Virus record (IMG/VR): IMGVR_UViG_3300044846_001855
Location: 1 to 36,898 of that record
Source: a virus
Reading direction: 5' to 3' (one strand)
DNA length: 36,898 nt
The notes under the pieces were generated by a model. That model was given only the letters and a program-made list of their open reading frames with translations, did not search any database and was not told the origin of the DNA. Shown piece after piece: positions 1-7,159 of the stretch; the stretch's first letter is position 1; each line of letters begins with the position of its first letter. Both the position numbers and the translations under genes were made by a program.

Positions 1-120
1 CACAATATCGAGGTCTAGCAGCTTTGTTTGCGGTAGCTCTTGGCCCCGTAGGGCCATAGAACGAGCGCGAGAGAGATATTCCCCACGCTCTAACCGCTTG
101 TCAGGGCGGTGTTGTTTCAT
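1..120 (-). CDS. 5' fragment (40 codons) of the HTH gene, a duplicate of 36772-36891 created by the end overlap. It is not a separate gene.
   Basis: The ATG at 118-120 (minus) has the same sequence as the ATG at 36889-36891. The ORF runs off the window start. Confidence 0.8.
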   Translation of the reverse strand, partial: MKQHRPDKRLERGEYLSRARSMALRGQELPQTKLLDLDIV

Positions 121-127
121 GCAAATA
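1..127. repeat. Terminal direct repeat copy 1, identical to 36772-36898. This is an end overlap of a circular or circularly permuted genome assembly.
   Basis: Read directly: both copies run cacaatatcgaggtctagcagctttgtttgcgg...ggcggtgttgtttcatgcaaata, and I compared them base by base. Confidence 0.9.
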
Positions 128-2312
128 GTCCTTGCTGCTCTTTTTGTGCGTCGCTGATGTTCTGGTGCGCAAGTTCCCAATACGCAGGCTTCAGCTCAGT
201 CCCAATGAACTTGCGGCCCATCTTGACTGCGCAATAGCCCTCGGAGCCAATGCCGGTGAAGGGGGAAAACACGGTATCGCCTTTGTTTGTCCAAAGGTGG
301 ATGCATCGCTCAATAACATCAAGTTGAAGCGGGCACATATGCTTCAGGTCGTTATCGTCACGCGCTGGCAGCTTGTTCAATGTGCGCGACTGGTTAATGT
401 CGTCCCAGATCGGGCTTGCATATTTCTGCCACATCATCACCGGCAGATCATCGCCGTGCGTCACACGTTCTTCAATCTCGCCGGGCTTGCGCATTGTCAC
501 CACGTAATCAGGCAGACCCATGCGGCTCATTGTGGAGTTCTCGCGGATGGTCTTGTGCAGCAAACCGAGTGCCTTTGTGCGCTGCATTGCCACTACGGGG
601 TCTTTCCAGATGACCACCTCGGAGTGGTAGATAAATCCTGCGTCTTGGAAAGCGCGGATAAGGTCGCCCCGGAAGTCACGCAAGCCAATGAAGCCTTGGC
701 GCATCTTGGTGGTTGGCAGGTTCATGCAATGGAATGAAACATTGCGCCCCGGCTTGATGACTCGGAAAAGCTCGGAAATCAAGAATTTAAGCTGTTGCAC
801 AAACTCCTCATCGTTGCGGCAGTTGCCCATGTCGTGGTCGCTGTTGGAATAAACAAACAAGTCCGCGAACGGGGGAGAAAAAACCGAGTAATCAATGCTG
901 TTATCAGCCATGCGGCGTGTCCATTTCACGCAGTCGCCCATGTGGACGGTGAATCCGTCGCCCTCGTATGTATCCTCACGGTACTCGTCTACGATGTTCT
1001 CTTGGCCTGCTAATTCTTTATTCATAATGTCTTTCATGTGTTCAATCATGTTGGCGCTCATGTCGTGGTGGTTTGCTTCTTTGCGTTTGATGTTTGCCAG
1101 AATCTGGCCTTCGTTCTCGGCGGTGAAGATATGCACTTGCACTTCACGCTTTTGACCAAAACGATAGCAGCGGCGCACGGCTTGATAGAACTTTTCAAAT
1201 GAGTCATCCAGCCCCACAAAAGCCATCCGTGCGCAGTGTTGCCAATTCATCCCGTAGCCTGCGATCTTTGGCTTGCTAACCATTACCCGCACTTCACCAT
1301 GCGCGAAGCCAATCAAGTTCTTTGTCTTGACTTCGGGGCTATCGGAGCCTTGCACGTTGACAGAGCCGGGGATTAGGCTTTTCAGCAACTCAGCCTCATC
1401 GTTCAAGTGGCACCAGATAAGCCAAGGCTCATCAGGCTCACCATTCACAATGTCTGCAAGGGCTTTGCATCGGGCTTCGATGCTGTCTCGCTGGGCTTTG
1501 CGGCGCTCGGCCATAGACTGGGCAGGGCGAGAAAACAATTCATCTCCCAAAGCCTCAGTTTGGACAACATGCTCATGGTAGTGCAGCGTCGGCAGGTCAT
1601 AGCGTGAGCCATCAAATCCAATATCGGCAGGACTGCGCAGGACAACGGCCCATGTTCCCATCCATTCCCAAAAACGAGACTGTCCCCAGCCCTTGAGAAT
1701 CCAAGTGCCCGTATCGCCTGCATCGTTAATGAAGTAAGTCGCCAGCATTTCAGTGCGGGTCATCACGCCCAAAAACTCGCATTGATTGCCGAGTTCTTCA
1801 AAGTCGTTGGGGCTAGGCGTAGCTGTGCAGCTTAGGCGGTAAGGCACGGCCTGAGACTGTTCAATGATCTTTGATCGCGTCTTTCCGTCGTGAGACTTTA
1901 GGATAGACGACTCATCCAAAACGATACCGGCCAGCTCTGCGAAGTTGATCGCATCCATGCGCTCATAGTTGGTAATCCATACGCCGGGGCCGCTAGGGGC
2001 TTCGCCTTGCGGGATTCGCTTCACTTCAATACCGAAGGTAGCGCCCTGCTCAATTGTCTGCTCAGACACTGCCAGCGGAGCCAATACAACCACAATGCCA
2101 CCGGTATGGGATTGAACCTCATCAGCCCAAGAAAGCTGCATCAGCGTCTTGCCAAGACCGGTATCAGCAAAGATAGCAGCACGGCCACGGCGCACGGCCC
2201 ATGAAACGATGGCGTGTTGAAAGTCGAATAGATGCTCGTTCAGTTCGCCCGGTGCATGTCCGGTTGCGACTTCGGCGCGTCGTTTGCTTTTTACAAAATC
2301 TTCGTAGTTCAT
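117..2312 (-). CDS. SNF2-family helicase/ATPase fused to a beta-class N4/N6 DNA methyltransferase (731 aa)
   Basis: The track ORF is 117..2321, whose first codon is GTG; the first ATG is at 2312. N-terminal helicase motifs: ADTGLGKT (I), VLDESS (II) and QAVRRCYRFGQKREVQV (SNF2 motif VI). C-terminal methyltransferase motifs: motif IV FSPPF, followed by AdoMet motif I FSPFTGIGSEG. The stop TGA overlaps the next ATG (ATGA at 117-120). Confidence 0.85.
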   Translation of the reverse strand: MNYEDFVKSKRRAEVATGHAPGELNEHLFDFQHAIVSWAVRRGRAAIFADTGLGKTLMQLSWADEVQSHTGGIVVVLAPLAVSEQTIEQGATFGIEVKRIPQGEAPSGPGVWITNYERMDAINFAELAGIVLDESSILKSHDGKTRSKIIEQSQAVPYRLSCTATPSPNDFEELGNQCEFLGVMTRTEMLATYFINDAGDTGTWILKGWGQSRFWEWMGTWAVVLRSPADIGFDGSRYDLPTLHYHEHVVQTEALGDELFSRPAQSMAERRKAQRDSIEARCKALADIVNGEPDEPWLIWCHLNDEAELLKSLIPGSVNVQGSDSPEVKTKNLIGFAHGEVRVMVSKPKIAGYGMNWQHCARMAFVGLDDSFEKFYQAVRRCYRFGQKREVQVHIFTAENEGQILANIKRKEANHHDMSANMIEHMKDIMNKELAGQENIVDEYREDTYEGDGFTVHMGDCVKWTRRMADNSIDYSVFSPPFADLFVYSNSDHDMGNCRNDEEFVQQLKFLISELFRVIKPGRNVSFHCMNLPTTKMRQGFIGLRDFRGDLIRAFQDAGFIYHSEVVIWKDPVVAMQRTKALGLLHKTIRENSTMSRMGLPDYVVTMRKPGEIEERVTHGDDLPVMMWQKYASPIWDDINQSRTLNKLPARDDNDLKHMCPLQLDVIERCIHLWTNKGDTVFSPFTGIGSEGYCAVKMGRKFIGTELKPAYWELAHQNISDAQKEQQGLFA

Positions 2313-2314
2313 AT

Positions 2315-2659
2315 TTAGCACCGAATCCCTTTGCTCTTAATGTGTGAATGGTCAGACCCCGGACGGTAAAAAGTAGGCTGCGGGTCGCCATCACCTGTAA
2401 CATAACGGCCCCGCCCGATAACGTACTGCCTCACCCCTGCAAGGTCTTTCTGGTCTAGCTTATTGCGGCCCAGCGTCGTGATGTGGTAAGCCTGCTCTGC
2501 CTCGAAACAATAGCCAGCCTCGCACATTTGATCGAGCCACGTTTTCAGAATGTCGGGGTGGATCTGGCTTCGGCGGTCACCGTGCGTGAAGTAGTTGGCG
2601 CGGCGGGGTGATTGTGCGATTGCTGTGAGCATGGTTCGCAGGCGTTCGTTGAGTTTCAT
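2315..2659 (-). CDS. Hypothetical protein (114 aa), first gene of the leftward early operon; possible winged-helix regulator
   Basis: An internal ATG (M24 of track ORF 2315..2728) is preceded by SD GGAGAG. The stop is 2 nt before the helicase-methylase ATG. Confidence 0.6.
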   Translation of the reverse strand: MKLNERLRTMLTAIAQSPRRANYFTHGDRRSQIHPDILKTWLDQMCEAGYCFEAEQAYHITTLGRNKLDQKDLAGVRQYVIGRGRYVTGDGDPQPTFYRPGSDHSHIKSKGIRC

Positions 2660-2707
2660 GTTCTCTCCGTGGTTAATAAGGCTTGAATGATTACACGATT
2701 CGGCGGG

Positions 2708-2760
2708 TTGTCTACTTAGGGTTTTCACCTATGTTCAGGCGTTTATTTCTGCTAGACAAT
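2708..2760 (+). promoter_or_regulatory. Divergent early control region. It contains palindrome TAGGGTTTTCACCTA (2717-2731), a -35-like TGTTCA (2732-2737), a 17-nt spacer and a -10 GACAAT (2755-2760) for the rightward operon. The flanking inverted TTGTCTA (2708-2714) / TAGACAA (2753-2759) pair is also part of it.
   Basis: Read directly. The same palindrome/-35/-10 layout recurs at three minus-strand sites (27225-27268, 30539-30582, 33996-34038). Confidence 0.45.
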
Positions 2761-2789
2761 CCATCACATCAACTAACCGGAGCGAGTAA

Positions 2790-3083
2790 ATGTACCTAGA
2801 CATCATCAATCAAACCTTCGCCGCTATTGGCAAAGTTCCTTTCACATCCCTGAGCGTTCCCTATGTGAGCTATCACACTAGCATCAGTGGCCGTGTGGCT
2901 CAATACGAGATGCAAGCCGTGTTTAACGACTACCACGGCGAAACAGCAGCACAAAACGCTTTTGTCGCAATGCTGGAAAAGAGCGAGTGCCCACTGGTCA
3001 AGGCTTACAAAGAGACGGTGCAGGCTTGCTTTGTGGCGCAGAACTTGGAAGAGTTGGAAGTTTTTACGGAGGAATCGAAATGA
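2790..3083 (+). CDS. Hypothetical protein (97 aa), first gene of the rightward operon
   Basis: ATG preceded by SD GGAG. The stop overlaps the next ATG (ATGA). Confidence 0.65.
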   Translation: MYLDIINQTFAAIGKVPFTSLSVPYVSYHTSISGRVAQYEMQAVFNDYHGETAAQNAFVAMLEKSECPLVKAYKETVQACFVAQNLEELEVFTEESK

Positions 3084-3394
3084 GCGAGCATACAAAAGGG
3101 CCGTGGGTTGCATTGCCTGAAGAGCGCGACAAGCCATACATCCGAATCAGGGGAACTGTGCTCGGTGGGCGTTACAAGATAGCGAACGTCTTGACGCCTG
3201 TATATGATGGCGTCCACGAAAGGGAAGCAAAAGAGACACGCGCCAACGCCCGACTAATAGCCGCAGCGCCTGAGCTTCTGGAGGCCTTGAAAGAGGTCTT
3301 CATTATTGGCGACCGGCTAGTAAGCGATGTTTACGGCGATGAGTTTGTAGAGAAGGCTCGCGCCGCAATCGCAAAAGCAGAAGGCACAAAATGA
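3080..3394 (+). CDS. Ead/Ea22-like phage protein (104 aa)
   Basis: The start MSEHTKGPW has SD GGAGGA and an ATGA overlap. The motif ANARLIAAAPELLEALKE is the pattern I associate with Ead/Ea22-like proteins (from memory). Confidence 0.65.
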   Translation: MSEHTKGPWVALPEERDKPYIRIRGTVLGGRYKIANVLTPVYDGVHEREAKETRANARLIAAAPELLEALKEVFIIGDRLVSDVYGDEFVEKARAAIAKAEGTK

Positions 3395-3480
3395 AATACA
3401 TCCGCCAATATCTGATCTACCGCCGCGCCGGTTTCACGGTGATCAACTCTCTCAAACGTGCTTGGAAGGTGTGGAAATGA
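3391..3480 (+). CDS. Mini-ORF of 29 aa (MKYIRQYLIYRRAGFTVINSLKRAWKVWK), translationally coupled at both ends
   Basis: My own translation. Its ATG overlaps the upstream stop (ATGA at 3391-3394) and its TGA overlaps the downstream ATG (ATGA at 3477-3480). It is below the ORF-track size cutoff. Confidence 0.4.
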   Translation: MKYIRQYLIYRRAGFTVINSLKRAWKVWK

Positions 3481-4127
3481 GCAATAAAGCCCTATGGGAT
3501 AGCGTCAAGGTTACAGACCCAAGCGCGGTAAAGCCCATCACAGGCAAGAGCTACAAGGGCGACAGCCCTAAGCCTTACTGGCTGATTGAACGCGCTACAG
3601 ACGTGTTTGGCCCTATTGGAATCGGCTGGGGTGTTGTGGTGAAGTCTGAGCGCTTTGAGCGTATGAGCGATACAGACGTTTTGCACGTTGCTGTAGTGTC
3701 CGTCTGGTATGTGCATAACGGTGTGCGCTCGGAAACCTTCGATCAAATGGGCGGCACAAAAGCCGCTTACATGACAAGCAAGGGCGTGTTGATGGTGGAT
3801 GAAGACGCCGGTAAAAAATCAGTGACTGATGGCATGGTCAAATGTCTGTCAATGATTGGTTTTGCTGGTGACATTTTCAGCGGTTTGTGGAATGACTCAA
3901 AGTATGTTGATTGGGCGCGTGAGCAATACGAGCCACCACAAAAGAAAGATCAAAAACTACAAGAGCTGCAAGAGAAGGCAATCAGCATCATTGCGCACGT
4001 CAAGGGCGGCAATGCGCGAGATGAGGCGCAAGCCCTGTCTAAGCTGAATGAGAAGGCTCTAAACGCCATTTGGGAACTGCTTGACGCAGAGACACAAGAC
4101 AAGTTATCGGAGGCTTGGCCAGCATGA
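3477..4127 (+). CDS. Putative Rad52/Sak-like single-strand annealing protein (216 aa)
   Basis: The motif PYWLIERATDVFGPIGIGWG resembles the Rad52-family motif (..FG..GW). The later DEDAGKKSVTDGMVKCLSMIGFAGDI resembles the conserved C-terminal SSAP block. The gene sits in synteny with Gp157-like and SSB genes. Confidence 0.65.
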   Translation: MSNKALWDSVKVTDPSAVKPITGKSYKGDSPKPYWLIERATDVFGPIGIGWGVVVKSERFERMSDTDVLHVAVVSVWYVHNGVRSETFDQMGGTKAAYMTSKGVLMVDEDAGKKSVTDGMVKCLSMIGFAGDIFSGLWNDSKYVDWAREQYEPPQKKDQKLQELQEKAISIIAHVKGGNARDEAQALSKLNEKALNAIWELLDAETQDKLSEAWPA

Positions 4128-4627
4128 CCGCGCTTTACAACCTTGCCAATCAGTATCTAGAGCTTGCTAATACGCTTGCTAACGGCGATTTTGACGCCGA
4201 GACAGTGGCAGACACCATCGAGGCCAGTGGCATCACTGATGAGCTATCCACAAAGGCGCAAGCCTTGGAATATGTCGCCCGTAGCTCTGAGGCTCACAAT
4301 GATGCTATTGATGCGGAGATTGAACGACTCAAGGCACTCAAAGAGCAGCGCACCAAGATAGCCGCAAACGTGCGCAAGTACATCTACGACAATATGCAAC
4401 GGATGCAGATTGAAAAGATTACCTGCCCACTGTGCGAAATGTCGATTGTGAAGAACCCGCCAGCGGTGGAAATGTACGACGCCATGAGCATACCTGCGGA
4501 CTACATGCGACAGCCTGACACGCCGCCGCCACAGCCCGACAAGGTGAAGATTCTGAAAGCACTCAAAGCCGGTGAAGAAGTGACCGGCGCACGACTAACC
4601 CAAACCACGCGACTGCGTATTAAATAA
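4124..4627 (+). CDS. Siphovirus Gp157-like protein (167 aa)
   Basis: An N-terminal coiled coil is followed by the C-terminal block SIVKNPPAVEMYD..IPADYM...PDKVKILKALKAGEEVTGARLTQTTRLRIK, typical of the Gp157 family. There is an ATGA overlap and SD GGAGG. Confidence 0.75.
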   Translation: MTALYNLANQYLELANTLANGDFDAETVADTIEASGITDELSTKAQALEYVARSSEAHNDAIDAEIERLKALKEQRTKIAANVRKYIYDNMQRMQIEKITCPLCEMSIVKNPPAVEMYDAMSIPADYMRQPDTPPPQPDKVKILKALKAGEEVTGARLTQTTRLRIK

Positions 4628-4638
4628 AGGAAACCAGA

Positions 4639-5112
4639 ATGAACAACATCACAATAGCCGGTCAACTTGGACGCGATGCGGAAGTGCGATACCTTCCGAA
4701 TGGCGACGCAGTGGCTAACTTCAGCGTTGCTGATTCGCAGGGCAAAGACAAGACCACTATCTGGTGGCGTTGCCAGTTGTTTGGCAAACGCGCTGAGTCG
4801 CTGTCGCAATATCTGACTAAGGGTCAATCCGTCACCGTGTCTGGAAACATCACAGAGCGCACCTATCAAAAGGATGGCGTAGAAAAGACGGCGATGGAAA
4901 TTCGTGTATCTGACGTTGCGTTGCAGGGTGGTCGCAAGGATGATTCACAACCGGCACCGCGCCAAGCTGCACCAAGCCAAGCACCACGGCCAGCACCTAG
5001 CCGCCAAGCGCCTGCGCCTCGGGGGTCACAGGGCAGCGGGTTTTCGGATATGGATGACGACATCCCATTCCGCGACCCTATGGCATATCGCGGCCATCAC
5101 TGGATTATCTGA
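4639..5112 (+). CDS. ssb: Single-stranded DNA-binding protein (157 aa) whose acidic DDDIPF tip is internal
   Basis: OB-fold N-terminus (MNNITIAGQLGRDAEVRYLPNGDAVANFSVA...WWRCQLFGKRAE), a Pro/Gln/Ala-rich linker and FSDMDDDIPF followed by 13 extra residues. Confidence 0.9.
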   Translation: MNNITIAGQLGRDAEVRYLPNGDAVANFSVADSQGKDKTTIWWRCQLFGKRAESLSQYLTKGQSVTVSGNITERTYQKDGVEKTAMEIRVSDVALQGGRKDDSQPAPRQAAPSQAPRPAPSRQAPAPRGSQGSGFSDMDDDIPFRDPMAYRGHHWII

Positions 5113-5124
5113 GGGTAAACACCT

Positions 5125-5289
5125 ATGGAACCAATCGACCCTCGCCTATACACTTTCTTGGAGGACGTTAAAGCAAACGTTCTACAAGCCAAACCAATCG
5201 AGGCACTGAGGGCGATTGCCCTTGATGCCCTACTACTTGCACAGGAGTTAGAAAATGGACAAGAGCGATCTGATAGTGATGAGGGCTAG
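5125..5289 (+). CDS. Candidate small ORF (54 aa, MEPIDPRLYTFLEDVKANVLQAKPIEALRAIALDALLLAQELENGQERSDSDEG)
   Basis: My own translation. A GAGGG lies 9 nt upstream. The sequence looks helical, but third-position GC is low. Confidence 0.35.
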   Translation: MEPIDPRLYTFLEDVKANVLQAKPIEALRAIALDALLLAQELENGQERSDSDEG

Positions 5290-5338
5290 TTTCCTCGCGG
5301 GTGTGGTTACTGTTTTGCTTTTGGTTTGGGGGAAGTGA
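5255..5338 (+). CDS. Candidate 27-aa hydrophobic peptide (MDKSDLIVMRASFLAGVVTVLLLVWGK)
   Basis: Strong SD AGGAG 7 nt upstream. The stop TGA (5336-5338) shares its last base with the ATG of the next gene (5338). Confidence 0.4.
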   Translation: MDKSDLIVMRASFLAGVVTVLLLVWGK

Positions 5339-5733
5339 TGACTGATCGAGAGCTACTAGAGAAAGCGGCTAAGGCTGCGGGGGTTTTCCTTACTCCAGAG
5401 ACGCTAAAAGAAGCGCTACCAAATTTGGAGTGGGACGAAGATTTAGAGACTTATCACACCCCTGGCGGCATGTCCGGCGCAGTTTTTTGGCGCGGCTATT
5501 CAGGGGAAATCAGCGGAACAGAACGAGAAGAATGGAACCCACTCACAGACGACGGCGACGCGCTGCGGCTGGCTCATGGGCTGAATGTCCCTGTATCTAT
5601 AGATATATCCAATGGATTGACAACGGTGTCAGGCTGGACTTTTGATATAGACGAACCACATGGAAATGACCCACTCGCCGCCACCCGCCGCGCCATAGTG
5701 AGAGCAGCAGCGGCTATCGGTGAGGCAATGTGA
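5338..5733 (+). CDS. Conserved phage hypothetical protein (131 aa)
   Basis: The ATG is internal to track ORF 5326..5733, whose first codon is TTG. The motif WNPLTDDGDALRLA recurs in small phage early proteins (from memory). Confidence 0.7.
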   Translation: MTDRELLEKAAKAAGVFLTPETLKEALPNLEWDEDLETYHTPGGMSGAVFWRGYSGEISGTEREEWNPLTDDGDALRLAHGLNVPVSIDISNGLTTVSGWTFDIDEPHGNDPLAATRRAIVRAAAAIGEAM

Positions 5734-5900
5734 TTCGCTGGTGTGCCGTGTGCGGAAAGAAAACCGAAGGGCCGCACCAGATCAAATTCGTTCTGGGCGG
5801 TCGGGCTTTGGTGTGTAAGTGGCACGGCTTGGCAAGGTCTGCGAAGGCATTGGCTAAATCAGTGAGATCTCAGCCTCGCGCCGAATCGTCAGCCCTCTAA
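5730..5900 (+). CDS. Candidate GTG-initiated zinc-ribbon protein (56 aa, VIRWCAVCGKK...LVCKWH...)
   Basis: GTGA start-stop overlap with the upstream gene and SD GGTGAGG 4 nt upstream. It has a CxxC...CxxH pattern and third-position GC of about 60 percent, like bona fide genes here. Its 3' end overlaps the convergent endolysin gene by 47 nt. Confidence 0.4.
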   Translation: MIRWCAVCGKKTEGPHQIKFVLGGRALVCKWHGLARSAKALAKSVRSQPRAESSAL

Positions 5901-6294
5901 GCACACGCCCCCCCGCTTTGTTCCATTTACGGAGTTCAGTGGGCACAGACTCCCAATCGCCTGCGTTCACCCTGCGCCGAAGGGTTGACGCCTTGAGGTT
6001 GCCGCCTCCGAGGTTGAAAGTGAAGTCAATAAGCGCGGCGACTCTTTCCGGCGTGTCGATCTTCGGGCATAGGCGCATCACTGTCGGCAGGTACTTTGTC
6101 CGCACCATCCACAAAAGCAGCTCCTCGGCGCGTTCTTTTGTGATCTTCGGGTCAGTCATCTTTACAGGTGCGCCGCCTTCGTAGTAGGTAGCCCCGTAAC
6201 CAATCGTAGGCACTCCAGCGGGGCAAAGGTAGGGGGTAAGGTACAAGCCCTCAAACCTACGCGCTAGAGCGGCTGCAATTTCGATTGAAGTCAT
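5854..6294 (-). CDS. Endolysin, GH24 phage lysozyme family (146 aa)
   Basis: The motif RRFEGLYLTPYLCPAGVPTIGYGAT carries the catalytic Glu and the TIGYG signature of T4/lambda-R-type lysozymes. There is an ATGA overlap with the upstream gene. Confidence 0.9.
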   Translation of the reverse strand: MTSIEIAAALARRFEGLYLTPYLCPAGVPTIGYGATYYEGGAPVKMTDPKITKERAEELLLWMVRTKYLPTVMRLCPKIDTPERVAALIDFTFNLGGGNLKASTLRRRVNAGDWESVPTELRKWNKAGGRVLRGLTIRREAEISLI

Positions 6295-6755
6295 TTTCCG
6301 CGCTTAAACAATGAACGGTCTGCCAAGTAAATGCCGAGAGCCGCACCAGATAGCGCGATTGTGTTTTCGCTCATGGCTATCGCTCCGAACTCATGCAGGG
6401 TCATCATCACTACGGCCCATGTAGCCACGGCGGGGCGAATGACTGCGTTCCAAGCATCAACCCAGACTAGGCCGGTCTTGGTTGCTGTCGCCTTCACAGC
6501 CTCTAGCCATCCCTGCGCTTCAATCTCACCAATAGCCGCCTCTGCCTGCACTTGGATGGTCTTGACGCCTAGCTCTGCCTGCACCGTGATAGCCTTTAGG
6601 TTTCTCTCATGCTGCGCAGCCTCTAGCGCGTTTTGCAGCTTCATCCGGTCTATTTCTTGCGCGTGGTCTTGCTTTTTGTTGAGGTAGGCGATTACCTCCC
6701 CGAAGATCATGCGGAAGACATTGCCGCCAAGGAATGACAAAAGGGCTGTAATCAT
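6291..6755 (-). CDS. Putative holin, multi-TM (154 aa)
   Basis: Hydrophobic N-terminus, a central helical region and C-terminal hydrophobic segments (IRPAVATWAVVMMTL, IALSGAALGIYL). It lies immediately upstream of the endolysin and resembles 3TM GTA-type holins (from memory). Confidence 0.55.
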   Translation of the reverse strand: MITALLSFLGGNVFRMIFGEVIAYLNKKQDHAQEIDRMKLQNALEAAQHERNLKAITVQAELGVKTIQVQAEAAIGEIEAQGWLEAVKATATKTGLVWVDAWNAVIRPAVATWAVVMMTLHEFGAIAMSENTIALSGAALGIYLADRSLFKRGK

Positions 6756-7159
6756 TTGGATTCCTCAATTGTTACTAGCTTTGTTTCCTGCGTCCACAAC
6801 GCATGGCACTTGTGCAGAGAGTACAGGCTAAACACTTCATTCGCACCGCCTTTGATGACCCAAGGGCCAAACGGTTGACTAGCCCCACGAATGACAGGGC
6901 GCGAGACATAACCGGCGCTGCGGTCTAAAAACTCGACCTCTAGCGCTTCGCCATCGCGTGTAAACGCCTGAACGTCTTGCAACAATACGCAGGGCCGTGC
7001 CTTATCAATCGTGCCAGATACCACCAAATTAGCGCCATATCGTGTAATCTCTGTTACTGTAAATTTCTCCACTACGGGGAAAAATTGATTCTCGAGAAAC
7101 TGAGCGGCGAAAAATAAAACCGCTGCTACGATCAAAAAAGAGAGTTGTTTTGCAATCAT
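6752..7159 (-). CDS. Membrane-anchored protein (135 aa), lysis-cassette associated, function unknown
   Basis: N-terminal signal-anchor (LSFLIVAAVLFFAAQF) followed by a beta-rich ectodomain. ATGA overlaps occur at both ends. Confidence 0.7.
   Translation of the reverse strand: MIAKQLSFLIVAAVLFFAAQFLENQFFPVVEKFTVTEITRYGANLVVSGTIDKARPCVLLQDVQAFTRDGEALEVEFLDRSAGYVSRPVIRGASQPFGPWVIKGGANEVFSLYSLHKCHALWTQETKLVTIEESK

Noticed and set aside
1-127. The 127-bp terminal repeat considered as a biological direct terminal repeat or cos region
   Set aside because: The exact 127-nt length matches the maximum k-mer overlap left by common de Bruijn assemblers on circular contigs. The repeat also cuts through the middle of an operon (inside the HTH gene, next to the methylase stop), which would be an odd place for genome ends. 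The P22-like, headful-type packaging genes also predict circular permutation. Only read mapping can settle this.
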